DNA of 64,000 bases from Octopus vulgaris (Eukaryota), in NCBI GenBank assembly GCA_951406725.2, contig OX597820.1, positions 77,004,001 through 77,068,000 of the forward strand. The letters run 5' to 3'. Under the pieces are notes generated by a model, which ran no database searches, was not told the DNA's origin, and worked only from the letters and a program-made list of their open reading frames with translations. Position 1 is the first letter of the stretch; every line of letters starts with the position of its first letter. Positions 43,537 through 56,078 of the stretch are shown piece after piece. Made by a program: the position numbers and the translations under genes.

Positions 43537-43850
43537 AGAGGTTTAGGTGTCCAGAAGATCCAAATGGCAGGTAAGGCTATGGAAGTGCTACGGAAGGAAT
43601 GCTATTAGACTCCCGTTTCGATAATAGTATGATTGAGGAGTCTAATGCCGGTCGTGCGTAAGCATGTATATGTTAACTAAAATGAAACAACAAAGCCAAT
43701 GCACTGTGAAATTTCTAGGACATTTATAAAGAGAAAGGTAATCTTACAGCTGTTTCAGGAATACATCCCCGAAATAGCTGTAAGACTACTGTTCTCTTTA
43801 TAAATGCCCTAGAAATTTCACAGTGCATTGGCTTTTCATTTTAATTAACA
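43537..43850 (-). mobile_element. Truncated Penelope-like pLTR with terminal fold-back hairpin
   Basis: 43671-43850 is a near-perfect palindrome centred near 43763. Both arms carry GAAA(C/T)AGCTGTAAGA, a hammerhead 3' half. Confidence 0.7.
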
Positions 43851-43917
43851 CGCACATACACACACGGATACACACACACACGCACGCACACACACACACA
43901 CACACATTTTTTTCTTT

Positions 43918-44390
43918 TTAATATAGAAACACGAATTTTAATTCAGAACCCTGTGCCTGGTACATACAGTAGAGATCCTTGAGCCGATGAGACAATTTCG
44001 TCAACTTCAGCTGTAAATTACCACGTTTTGTAATTTCAAGTCGGTTTCTCTTGGCTTCCAGCAAATTGTCAACCCCACTGAATCCACGTTCGACCCAACA
44101 AGACAAAGGAAAATGAATCAATAATTCTCTTGGACAATACATACTGATACAGAGAAACAAACGCCTAACAAACGCAGATACCTCACTCAGAACGCTTGAT
44201 TGGGCGAAGCTGCATCGATTCACATGATTTAAGTATAGATATCGCATGGCGATGTTTTTTTTTCATCTCAATGTCCAAAGCTAGGCTTAGTGTCGACTAG
44301 TGTGCGCTCAAATCACTTACAAACATTTTCACAGCGCACATTAAGGCACTCCTCACCGGTGGGCCGTACGCCCCACGTTGGGAAACGCTG
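43918..44390 (-). mobile_element. Internally deleted hAT (Buster/Charlie, SCAND3-like) transposon
   Basis: TIR CAGCGTTTCCCAACGTGG with NNNTANNN flank (GTTTAGAG). C-terminal dimerisation motif FPLSCWVERGFSGVDNLLEAKRNRLEITKRGNLQLKLT...QAQGS. Confidence 0.85.
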
Positions 44391-45614
44391 GTTTAGAGAG
44401 TCCTGGTAGGTATTTTCACAAGTCATGCTCACTCAACGGTGTTAAAAATATTATCACATGACATTAAATCACGGACGTAGCGAGGAACTTAGAAACATGT
44501 CTCAGCCTTATCACGTGATTATTCTCTGCCAATCAAATTGTATATTATACAAATTCTAAGTTGAGAATTATTCTCACCGTAAAAATCAAGAGAATTTTCG
44601 AAAGCCATTCAGAAGCAAGGCATTGCGACAGTCACAAGTCTTTCTATCTCCGTTAACACTGGAAAAATTAGAAAAGTCTATGAAATCGGTTAAGCATATG
44701 GAACTAAACAAACTGAAACACTCCCAAAATCTTTTCAAGTTCGTTTATATTTTTCCATTATGCAATATCTGGAAATTTTAATGTATCATCATTTGGAAAA
44801 TAATGCGGAAACTATTCATGCCAATTTATCAGAGAAATGTAAACGATTTCTTGGCGATTGTTTATTCCATCGAATGAAATTATTGGAAAAATAAATAAAT
44901 TTCAATTATTAACCAAGATAATAAATAACAATATTCAACAGACAGTAGTACAGATAAGACAGACATTTTTTTAATATTTTAAGACTGGAATTTAATATAA
45001 AGAATTAATACAGACTTCGACAAAAAATATGCACTGTAAATGCTATCTGCCATTTACGTTTTTCATTCGAAATACACGGAATATACCTTTCAGTTTTTCG
45101 TAAAGTCTATAACAGTACATTCTCAAACCCATGATATGACTTCATGAACTTCAGGTTTCACTCAAGTTGTTATTTTTCATGATAAACAGTGTATGTGGTT
45201 CGATAGACAAAACTATTTATCTTTAGATACTATGGTTGGAGTTACAAAACAATACGCTTGAATTCAAGTATGACACCCGATGTCTCTAAACACACCCGAT
45301 AACAGCGTATATTATAATGCTGTTGTTTCAGACATACTATCATAAGTAGGTAAAACAAATTATTAAAAGCCTTATAGGGAATGTGAAGAACTACCTAATT
45401 ATATCCAAAAGCAACTCTAAATTGGTTTTAAAAATTAGCCCCTTTTTCTTCATAAGTTCAATAAAGGTTTTAAAAAGTAGCGAAATTGCTTTGGAGATTG
45501 CTTTAAAATTGGCAAACAGAAAATCATTTTAACAAGGATAACGTAACAATATTAAGAACGGATTTTCCTACGCAACTAACAGTGTAATTGAAGCAAAAGT
45601 ATGCTCAGGATATA

Positions 45615-46191
45615 TTGGGTTGTCCGGAAAGTTCGTGCTGATTTATAGTAGCTTATCTTTCGACTTATTTTAGAACATTGTTGAGTCCATAAAATGGGAT
45701 TTGACTACACCTACATTTAGAGAGATCAGTTTAAGCTATCTTTTCGTGGAAGAAGGTTTTCGTTCCTATAACCTGTGTTAATTCTGTAAGCCTTTAAAAT
45801 GGAAGAAAATAATGTTCCTTTTCGGCACTTGAGGCTTTTCTTTTTCCGCAAAGGGAAAAATGCCTCACAAGCAATCAGAGAAATATGCGCAGTTAACGGT
45901 GATGTTTCTTTACCCGAAAGAACTGTACGGAAGTGGTTCGCAAGGTACCAAACTGGAGATTGTAGCCTTATAGATGAAAAGCGATCAGGCAGACCATCCG
46001 CTCCAGATGATGACCAAATCAAGTCATTAATTGAGAATAACCCACATTGCACAACCCGAAAATTGGCAGTAATCCTCAACCTATCGAAATCTGTCGTTCA
46101 TGAGCACCTGGTAAAGCTTGGGTAATGACAAGTATTTATTGACCTTTTTTCTTTCCTTTAAAAGTCGGCATGAACTTTCCGGACAACCCAA
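45615..46191 (+). mobile_element. Internally deleted mariner, 577 bp, TA TSD
   Basis: TIRs TTGGGTTGTCCGGAAAGTTC(G/A)TGC on both ends, flanked by TA. Confidence 0.95.
45799..46125 (+). CDS. Truncated mariner transposase, DNA-binding (two-HTH) region only, 108 aa
   Basis: Uninterrupted ORF MEENNVPFRHL..GKNASQA..ERTVRKWFARY..RSGRP..STVVHEHL-like HTH2; stops at the deletion junction. Expression unknown. Confidence 0.5.
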   Translation: MEENNVPFRHLRLFFFRKGKNASQAIREICAVNGDVSLPERTVRKWFARYQTGDCSLIDEKRSGRPSAPDDDQIKSLIENNPHCTTRKLAVILNLSKSVVHEHLVKLG

Positions 46192-46726
46192 TAGATATAA
46201 TTATATAAGGAAAATAGAAATAACTTAAAAGTAAATGAATGACAGAAAAGAGAAGGAAAATTTCAAGCACAAATTTCATTCGACGAATGAATTAACAGAT
46301 GTGCTATTAATTGGCAAACACGGTTTTAAAGTTTGGAATATAAGGTAGTGTCAGATTGAATATCTGAACAACATCGGATCAATAAAGAATTTGCATTCAT
46401 TAGAAAATATCGACCCATTTTAAGTGCGTATAAGTAATCAATGTGTTGACATTTTATTAATTAATAAATTGTTCATGCAATTCATTTACTAGAATCGATG
46501 GAGCTTCTGGATGAATGAATTGTGGTATTTCTTTTGAATCGTTGCATTCTGATTTCAAATATCACCTTCCTTATATTTACACTTCACTCTTTAACGAGTT
46601 GTTGATAGAATAAAGAACCCACCTAGTACTGCTGTCGATGATATGGAGTAACACAACTTAAAACTACAGCCATTGTGTCTAAACTAGAATATTGATATTA
46701 TAATTATTGTTTATTAAAATGAAGAA

Positions 46727-46930
46727 AGCAGGGAGTTGGCAGAATTGTTACCGCTACGTATAAAATGTCTAGCGGCATTTTGTGCATTGACGGTCAGAGT
46801 TCAAATTCTGCCAAGGTCGATCTGCCTTTTCATCACTTCGGGATGATAAAAGAAGTATGTGGTAAACACAAGGGTTGATATAATCGACTGATCCCTCCAT
46901 TTAAAATCGTTCAACTTGTGCTAGAATTAA
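46727..46930 (+). mobile_element. SINE family A, degenerate
   Basis: GAGTTGGCAGAATTGTTA...GAGTTCAAATTCTGCCAAGGTCGA. Confidence 0.7.
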
Positions 46931-46993
46931 CGATATATATTAACTAAAGCAATCATTCTGATTTACAACATTGCGTTATATCGTATTAAAATA

Positions 46994-48114
46994 TGGGACA
47001 TACCATAAATAAAGCGGTTTTTCAGTTGCGTGAACTAAAATCGGAAGGGAATAGGATAACTCAACTGCGTCAACTTTCTATAAAAGCAGGTAGTAATTTT
47101 ACCTTGTCCTTAATCTTAGTAGAAGTTTTAAAGATTGCAGTTCGATTTTAACAGCTATTTTTTAAAAGCTATAATGGAAACGACAAAGGCCCGTTTTGAT
47201 TTATGAGTTCAACGAAGTCAACAACGCAACGGAACGTTCGAGGAATATTAATGCAGTATATGGCGAACGGACAATAAGTGTAAGTCAGTGTCAATGGTGC
47301 TTCCAGAAAATTCGAGCCGGAATCTACAACCTCGTCCTGTTGGAACGAAATCCCATCGTAACTGTTGAGGAACTAGCAGAGATTCTTGGATTTGCTCATT
47401 CAATTATTCATCGGTACCTGCGTGCTACAGGAAAAGTCAGAAAACTCTCTGCGCGGAGAGTGTGAATGTGTGCCCTTCTTTGCTGCCGCGTCACACGAAT
47501 GAACCTTCTGTGGACCGACTAGTGACTGGCGACGAGACATGGGTTCGCTATAAAAATGACAAGCACCGAAAACGGTGAATAGGGAAAGGGAGTGGCTAAA
47601 AGAAGTTTTCACTCATGTAAGGTGTTGTTATCTGTTTGGTGGAATATGAAAGGTTTAGTTCAGTTTGAACTTTTAAACCCAAACCAAACATTAACGAGGG
47701 AGATCTACTGCGAGCGCCTTGAGCGGCTTAAGTCAGCACTAGAAGAAAAACGACCCTCTTCTATCACGATAATGCTCGGTCACATACAGCGACGAAGATA
47801 TTCCCATGGTTGGAGCAGTTTGAATGAGAAACGATGCACCACCCAGCATATTCGCCGGATATTGCCTCATCTGATTATCATTTATTCTGCAGCCTCCAAA
47901 ACCCATTGGGACGGTAAAAATATGAATGGTGTAGATGAGGTTAGATGAGTACTGGAGGAGTAATTTTCATCAAGAACAAGTGAACTTTGGAAGAGGAGCC
48001 TTGCAATCCTATCAGACAGATGGAAGAGCATTGCAGAAATGCAGGAGAGTGTATTTTAGATTAAAAAATAAAAATAAAAGTATAAAGAAACTGCATTATT
48101 TATGGTATAACACA

Positions 48115-48115
<1 letters not shown>
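46994..48115 (+). mobile_element. Degraded mariner with deletions
   Basis: TIRs ..ATACCATAAATAA(A/T)GC.GTTT; remnants VTGDETW, KVLLSVWWNMKG and YSPDIASSDYHLF. Confidence 0.9.
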
Positions 48116-48152
<37 letters not shown>

Positions 48153-48177
48153 ATATTATGTGTGCGAGTGTGTATGC

Positions 48178-48250
<73 letters not shown>

Positions 48251-48548
48251 CGTTTATGTATTCGCGGATTATTGGCGTTCGGATGTATTTATTATTTCAT
48301 TCATTGTATGCAATGTCAGACCTGATTCATTATATCGTCTCTCATGCACAATTACTAACCTATAGCGGACGAAATACTGAAGGAATAAAAAATGCGGAGA
48401 TCCTTTTGCTCATGCAAAAGCACCACAACTGGTAGCATAAATTTCTAGGTGTATCAAAAGCAAAGGTACGCATAAGTGTGCGTATGTGTGGTGTGTCTGT
48501 ATTCATGTATATCAATCTATGTATCTATATACATTTATGTGTGCAAAG

Positions 48549-48580
<32 letters not shown>

Positions 48581-48628
48581 TTAGATATTCAGACACACAC
48601 ACATATATATATAAATATATCTATATAT

Positions 48629-48659
<31 letters not shown>

Positions 48660-49507
48660 CATATACATATATGCGTATACATATTTATATATAGTCTTAT
48701 ACACACAAATATATATATATATATATATATGTATAAGTACATAATATATACATATATATATATGTGTGATAGAAAGTATGGTCGGTGATATGTGTATGTA
48801 TATATATATATATATGTTGACAGGTAATAGAAAGTGCTTCCTTGTTGCTACATCGTTACTCAACACTTCAAATCAATCATCGAATACTGCAACTACCGTA
48901 CATTAAAATTTGCGTTGTTAAAGTAAATGTAAAAGCTTAGTGTATGAGCATACGTGTCACAGTGTGTATATACTTGTTTGTGTCTGAATTTGTACGTATG
49001 CACAGTTATTTCGTTGAACATATGTATTGTCTGTTACGTAACCACAAGAATCTTTAGTTGTACATGTCTATGCTTATCTCTATGACTGACTATGTGTATA
49101 TATTAGCCTCCGTCTCTTCTTGTTATTTTGATTGGAAACATCTGTAAATATATGACACCCTTCATGTTTTTTTTATATGTAATAATTTCTATGCATATGT
49201 TTTTTAAAAATACTTTACATTTTTTTTTTGCATTAAATTTACCTTCTTACACAAGTTTTTGCTGATATGGAACTAAAAAGTTTTTGACAATATTCTTCAA
49301 TCTCTAGATGACTGCATATTTCTCTTCATAAATTCCGTGTGACATATCAGACACTGATAAATATATAATTTGAAATAATGGCATTGAATAAGTTTCTGTT
49401 TTTATGATTGTATATACACGTGTACTTGTGTACGCATATGAAAATCAATGTAAACATTTATACTTACATAAGTATTATAATACATATATAGATGATAGAG
49501 TTGTGAA

Positions 49508-49552
<45 letters not shown>

Positions 49553-49636
49553 GTGTGTGTGTGTATGTGTGTGTATAGATAGTTAGTTAAATATGCATAT
49601 ATAGGTAAATAGATAGATACATACAGAACCCCCCCC

Positions 49637-49670
<34 letters not shown>

Positions 49671-50271
49671 GTGTATATGTATGTGTATATGTATCTATGT
49701 GTATGGGCTTGTGTATGACGAGCTTATATACAGCCGCCATATTATGAATTTACCTGTTGTTACGAATGCTAAAGCTGATGAGAGACACAAATGACAAGTT
49801 TAACTACAGCCTCATAAAAATATATAAAAACAAGACAGACGACAGACATAAAAGCGAAAATATAAATAACATTTTTAAAATAGTGTTGATGATTTCGACC
49901 TACAAGTCTCTAAGCCACTTGACGAAAAAAAAAGAAAACAAGATCGAAAGAAACACCAGCAGGTAATCAATCACATGAAGCAGACAGTAGGTCGTCAGAA
50001 ATGAACGGTGGACAATGGACAATAAAGCCGAAGACCACTGGACAGATCATCAAACAAACAGCTGAAAAGTAACATAGGATAATATATATATGTATATATA
50101 TAAATTGAGATAGGGGTTGTAAGTGTAACCCACCAATGGATAACATATATCCAATATACTGCCAGTAAAGCACCCAACAAAGATAATACATAAATGTTAA
50201 GAATTGCGATGCAATTAATTCATTTATTGTATTATATGGGCAAAGGTAAAATGTTTTACCACAAATTAATA

Positions 50272-50441
50272 ATACAAAATAAGGAAATGGAGAAATACAC
50301 CTTAATCAATAATCAACTACCAGATAATGAACTATTATGTTTGACCTTGATGTTCATATGTTGTGGGTTAATAAATTATGTGACTGGGTATTATCTGGTA
50401 GTTGATTATTGATTAAGGTGTATTTCTCCATTTTCTTATTT

Positions 50442-50446
<5 letters not shown>
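50272..50446. repeat. Fold-back inverted repeat, 57-bp arms, abutting (TA)n
   Basis: 50272-50328 vs 50390-50446, one mismatch. Confidence 0.95.
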
Positions 50447-50489
<43 letters not shown>

Positions 50490-50490
<1 letters not shown>

Positions 50491-50665
50491 CTCTTTTAGT
50501 CTTTTACTTGTTTCAGTTATGTGACTGCGGCTATGCTGGAGAACCACTTTTAGTCGAGCAAACCGACATCAGGACTTATTGTTTGTAAGATTACTACTTA
50601 TTCTATCAGACCGTTTTGCCGAACTGCTAGGTTACGCGGACGTAAACACACCAGAATCCATTGTC

Positions 50666-50668
<3 letters not shown>
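50490..50668 (-). mobile_element. SINE family B 3' portion
   Basis: TTTTACTTGTTTCAGTTATGTGACTGCGGCTATGCTGGAG is the reverse complement of the family B tail. Confidence 0.7.
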
Positions 50669-50705
<37 letters not shown>

Positions 50706-50711
<6 letters not shown>

Positions 50712-51016
50712 GTTTTTGTTATTATTATTATCATTATTGTTTTTACGTATTTTTGTATTCTTATTCGTGTAACATTGTCCGTTTTCCCGTCCTTGTCTTG
50801 TATACATTCGAGGCTTTCTTCCAAGGAATATAATGCGCTTGGCTTAGATTTTCCTTTGGGGCTGACCAGGTCGGAGCAATCTCAAGATTAATCAGCCGAA
50901 ATTGCGAGGATGATCAGGTTCTTGACTGAAGATTGAAGGCTTCGAATGTCCCGTCCGTGTTTTTTGTACCGTCTTCTAAATGTTTTGCATTCTTGTCCTA
51001 GTTTGTATTTTTTTAC
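50706..51016 (+). mobile_element. (TA)n-embedded pLTR-like element related to 3810-4690
   Basis: Flanked by (TA)n on both sides; homologous structured core and T-rich tail. Confidence 0.6.
50804..50949 (+). ncRNA. Candidate structured (pseudoknotted) RNA, copy 2
   Basis: 15-bp closing stem ACATTCGAGGCTTTC/GAAGGCTTCGAATGT with G-U pairs; helices GATTTT/AAGATT and GGCTGA/TCAGCC; hairpin AGGT/ATCT. Confidence 0.5.
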
Positions 51017-51018
51017 AT

Positions 51019-51067
<49 letters not shown>

Positions 51068-51068
51068 C

Positions 51069-51125
<57 letters not shown>

Positions 51126-51130
51126 TATAC

Positions 51131-51184
<54 letters not shown>

Positions 51185-51223
51185 ATACATATATACATAT
51201 ACATATATATACATATATATATG

Positions 51224-51278
<55 letters not shown>

Positions 51279-51911
51279 CTGTATGTATATAAGGAGAATG
51301 GAGAGAATAAGGAATTTCAACAACCGAAATTTGTTTTCTGTCAGTTCATTCATATGCCATACCACTATTGAATAAACTAACTGGAAATTTTGAAGCTTCA
51401 AATTCTTCATTCTCCTCATTATCAGTCTTCTACTTTACACTCTAAGTAGCTAAGAGATGAATGCTATTTGTCTCTCTTATTCAACAATATTCCGCCGACG
51501 GTGTTCGATTACACGATGCGTCTAAAAATCTTAGTGCCAGAGTATCGTTACTTTTTCCTCTTCCTCCTCCATAACTTTACTTAGTACATACACATACCAG
51601 TTCTCTGTTACTTCATATTGGTATTTAAGGCATAAGAGCCATTGTTATCATTATTATTATTTATTATTTTTTTCATTAGCATCTTCTTCCAATTCTGTTT
51701 CTATTTCTTGCTGACTATCTTCCTTACACCTAGAGCAGGGAAACGTACTTTACACTTTGGTAGGCAATTAAAATAAACACACAAGAATGTTTATTTAAAA
51801 CGTCATGTGATAGAGAAAAAGGGGCAGAAAGACAGTGAGAAAACGGAAAAAAATTTTTTAAACTAAAAATAAAGGCGCAGATGAAAAATATTTACAGTGA
51901 TTATTCTCTTC

Positions 51912-52170
51912 TCAATACGTGTGACGTACCAGTTGAGACAAAATTCTACACATTCTTGAATAATTTTCACTTCCTTTTTTGATCATTCCAAGTGCTCCTT
52001 CAATCACTGGTATTGTAACCGTCTTGAGATGCCACACATTTTCGATTTCGATTGGCAGATCTTTATATTTCCCGAGCTTATCAAATTCTTTTGTGAAGAT
52101 ATTATGGTCACAGGGTATGCTTGTGTCAATCAATCAACAGACCATTTTGTTTTGGTCTTTCACAAAGTGT
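51912..52170 (-). mobile_element. RLE-type LINE (R4/Dong-like) endonuclease C-terminal fragment
   Basis: VKDQNKMVC*LIDTSIPCDHNIFTKEFDKLGKYKDL..VWHLKTVTIPVIEGALG. Confidence 0.85.
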
Positions 52171-52241
52171 ACATAAACATGCGCACGCACACACACAGAA
52201 ACACACTCACGCACGCAAGCACACATACACACACACACATA

Positions 52242-52285
<44 letters not shown>

Positions 52286-52546
52286 TCAAATATATTCTTA
52301 ATCGGACGAAGTTACAATGTTAGCCGATCACTAACAGTTTTGCACCTGACATTTACTAAAGTATCATATGTGGTATGCCCAAAACACTTGGCCAATATCT
52401 AAATTCTGTTAGTTAATAATAACAATAAATAATAACATTATAAACAATGGCAGTAAAGTATAAATAATTATAATAACAAAATCAAGAACTATATTTTATA
52501 ACAATACTGATAATATATTCATATATATTCATATATATTCGTATAT

Positions 52547-52742
52547 GAGCTGACAGAATCGTTAGCACGGTGAGCGAACTGCTTAGCGTTATTTCGTTCT
52601 GAGTTCAAATTCCGCTGAGGTCAACTTTGCCCTTCATCCTTCGGGGTCGATAAATTAAGTAACAGTTTCGTACTAGAATCGATCAAATCGAATGGCCCAG
52701 TCCCCCAAAATTTCGAACCTTGTGCCTAGAGTAGAAAAGAAT
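52547..52742 (+). mobile_element. SINE family A monomer
   Basis: GAGCTGACAGAATCGTTAGCACG...GGGGTCGATAAATTAAG...CCTAGAGTAGAAAAG. Confidence 0.85.
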
Positions 52743-52837
52743 ATATCCATATGCATACATACATATTCACACACTTACAAACACACACACACTCACTCAC
52801 ACACACACACACACACACAATGATGTATTCAATTCTA

Positions 52838-54118
52838 TCAGGTCATCCCCTAAGTTCTGTCCGATGTTACCTTTTGTAAAATTGAATAAAATCTAATAGT
52901 ATTTTACAATGTCTAATGGGATTAAAAATTATTTTTATGCGTTTCTGTACATTTAAAGTAATTAAATACTATTTTACAGATTAATAGAATTAAAATTACT
53001 TTCATTAAAAGCCTTTCTAACATGGAAGTATCGAAAGAGCATTTGAGGTATATAATGCTTTATAAGTACAAAAAAGGAAACTCTGCTGCCGAAGCGACTC
53101 GAAACATACACTCAGTTCATGGGAAAGAAAGCTTGAATGAAAGAACTTGCAGAAGATGGTTTTGCAAAATTCAGAATTGGTGATTTCAGCCTTGAAGATG
53201 AAGATCGAACAGGACGTCCAGTTGAGTTTGAAGATAAGTTCCTTGAGGAATTACTTGAAAAAAATCCTATATTATCGGTTGAAGAACTGGCGATAAAGCT
53301 TAGTTCAAAGCAATAAAGCTTAGTTCATCATCATCTTCAGCAACATGGAAAGGTTCCTAAACTTGGAAAATGGGAGCCTCATGAATTGTCCAAAACAACC
53401 TCAAATCCTGAGTTGACATCTGCTCTGCTCTCCATTCTCGCGAACTCATTTCAACCTTTTTGGATAGACTTGTGCCTGGTGATGAAAAATGGATCTTCTA
53501 TCGAAACGTTAAACGTCGTAAACAGTGGCTTGGTAAAAGGGAAAAAGTTCAACCACAACAGAGAAAACTTCATGGGAAAAGTTCTCAATATCTAGTGGGA
53601 TTGCAAAGGAGTAATTCACTTTGAATTGTTACCACCTAATGCAACAATCAATGGTCAAGTTTACTGTCAGTAATTAGAGCGTTTGAACCAAGCTTTGAAG
53701 AAAAAAAAGACCCGCTTTAGTGAATCAAAAAGGAGTGATGTTTCATTAGGACAATGTGCAACCCCACATTGCAACGATCACATCACAGAAGATCGAAGAG
53801 CTTGATTGGGAAAAAATTCCTCATCCACCTTATTCTCCCGACCTTGCACCTTCCGACTACCATTTGTTTCGTAGTTTACGGAATCGTTTGTTGGATATAA
53901 CATTTGCAAGCCAGGAAGAGGTCGAAACTGACATTTTAGAGTTCCTCTTTGAAACCAAAAGATTTTTACATTGATGGGATTAAAATTCTTGTAAATAGAT
54001 GGAAGGAAAGCATAGATAATCAAGGAAAGTACATTGATGATTAAATGTCAATTAAATATACCATTTGATCACTAGTTTCTTTATTCAAACTTCGGACAGA
54101 ACTTATGGTATGACCTGA
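52838..54118 (+). mobile_element. Full-length mariner (DD34D), 1281 bp, TA TSD
   Basis: 27-bp TIRs TCAGGTCAT(C/A)CC(C/A)TAAGTTCTGTCCGA, TA on both sides. Confidence 0.97.
53022..54044 (+). pseudogene. Frameshifted mariner transposase
   Basis: MEVSKEHLRYIML, RTGRP, WEPHEL, GDEKW, DNVQPH and HPPYSPDLAPSDYHLF, with stops and frameshifts. Confidence 0.95.
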
Positions 54119-55047
54119 TATTTATGTTGTTTATACTGTGAAACCAATTCGTTTGCGCGTACACACGTGCGCGCGCGCATAAACACATTCCTTTATGAAT
54201 GCATGATACATTTTGAAGCATATATACATATGTGCAGGTGTATGTAAAAAATCAGCATTAAAAAAAGGTTGAAGTCTATAAAAAGCAGGCAGAACTGCAT
54301 CGCGTCTCTCTTACTATATACGAAAACACAAGTTGCGACATACCACTTTCAACAACACCTACAAGTACACAGAGCAACACATAAGTTTTCAGTATATATA
54401 TAAAAAGAAATACTTATTTTAGTTGACTAATAACATCGCCGGAAGACACTTGTAATCTTACGCAAAATAACGGTAAGAAATATAATTCCACACCAAATCG
54501 AGCAACAATAATGTGAGACAACGAAATCTTTCTAAATCTTAGCTAAATATAACAATAACTGTAAGACCAGAAATAAATATCCAGCAAACGTAAGTCATAT
54601 AGATAAGCAGAGGTCATTCGTAGAAATAATTGCCGAAAAAGTCATTGACATGAAATGCACATATATAGAGAAGTAATTCTAAAAACGAATACAGAAAATG
54701 TATATTGTCTGTGACGCACGGGAATTATCCCTAAATCTTTTCCTGAATTCGATAAGTTGTATACAATCATTAAGTATAACTGAAAATGTTGGTTTCAGTT
54801 TATTGCAAGATACGTACATTATATGCCGCGTATGTGTATCTACTATATTGATCCAAACAGTGCTACTTAATGTTTTGCTTTTCTTCTGAGCGTTCACTTT
54901 TATTCGCATAGTTGCTTAATTCCTTGACGAGAATAGAGATTATTGCTTCCGTGAGATAGTCAGAAATGCAATACACAGGACATAATAGAACCAAACACAT
55001 ATGTATATATGTACACAAACATACAGATGTATATATGTGTATACATG

Positions 55048-55102
<55 letters not shown>

Positions 55103-55376
55103 ATGTATATATAATTACACTCACATACACACATATATATATTATATAATATAAATATCCTTGCAAAATGGCTGACCGTTAGTAAGGAGAGACACACAAA
55201 TAAGAAAGAAGGAAGCAAAGAACCACTGCTGAGGCCACAGAAGTGTGACGAAAGAACTCTGGCCGAAATAAGATTAAGATTAATGTAAAAAATAAATAAC
55301 GCTGAAGCAAATTAACACCAAAATATATTGTGCGTGTTTTTATTGGCTAAACTGGCAAAAATGACCATTCCTAAAT

Positions 55377-55482
<106 letters not shown>

Positions 55483-56046
55483 GTGCTACAACAAGGCACC
55501 AATATTTACTAGAAATTGCAGTCGATAAATTATGACGCTATAGTATATCTTCACTGTGTATTACTGGCAAAGACGTGTAAGGGCTGCGAACATAAAAAAT
55601 GTTGTCTTACCTCTAAGAAGAACATTAGATAAATGGACAACACAGAATCTGATAATCTAGTACCTAGGTTTCTGACTCTTCAATTACGTTTGTTATCGCA
55701 AATTTGATTAGTCTTCTTCAGCTAGATTTACCTGGATATTATTTAAAATGTTGCTACATCAATGCCAGTATACTCACCTGAAGGCCTAACCTATAACAGA
55801 ACCGAGAACAGTGATATATACGTATATCCAAAATTATGGAATGGAGTACATAAAGTCAAGCCTACATAGGTTTTATAACTACCAGATTCTTAGAAGTACC
55901 AAATGAGGGGGAATCCGCTAGCTATTCGTCAGATCAAAGATACCTTAATGAAATGAAGTTTACATTGCCTACAAGGGATCTCATGTTAAGTCAAAGGAGA
56001 TTCGATCCTGCCAGTTAATATGTACGTATGTATATATGCATGTATG

Positions 56047-56078
<32 letters not shown>

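Noticed and set aside
49880-49918. Minus-strand GA-GAC(TTGTAG)GTC-GAAA hammerhead-like stretch; similar weak case at 26370-26395
   Set aside because: Core and stem I are too degenerate to distinguish from chance.
50847-50905. Assignment of the pseudoknot to the HDV-like class
   Set aside because: Helix order fits, but P1.1, P4 and the J4/2 catalytic cytosine are missing in both copies.
50926-50949. CTGAAGA..GAAG read as a type III hammerhead core
   Set aside because: Only 2 nt are available for stem II, the paralogue reads CTGTTGA, and in both copies these bases pair within the closing stem.
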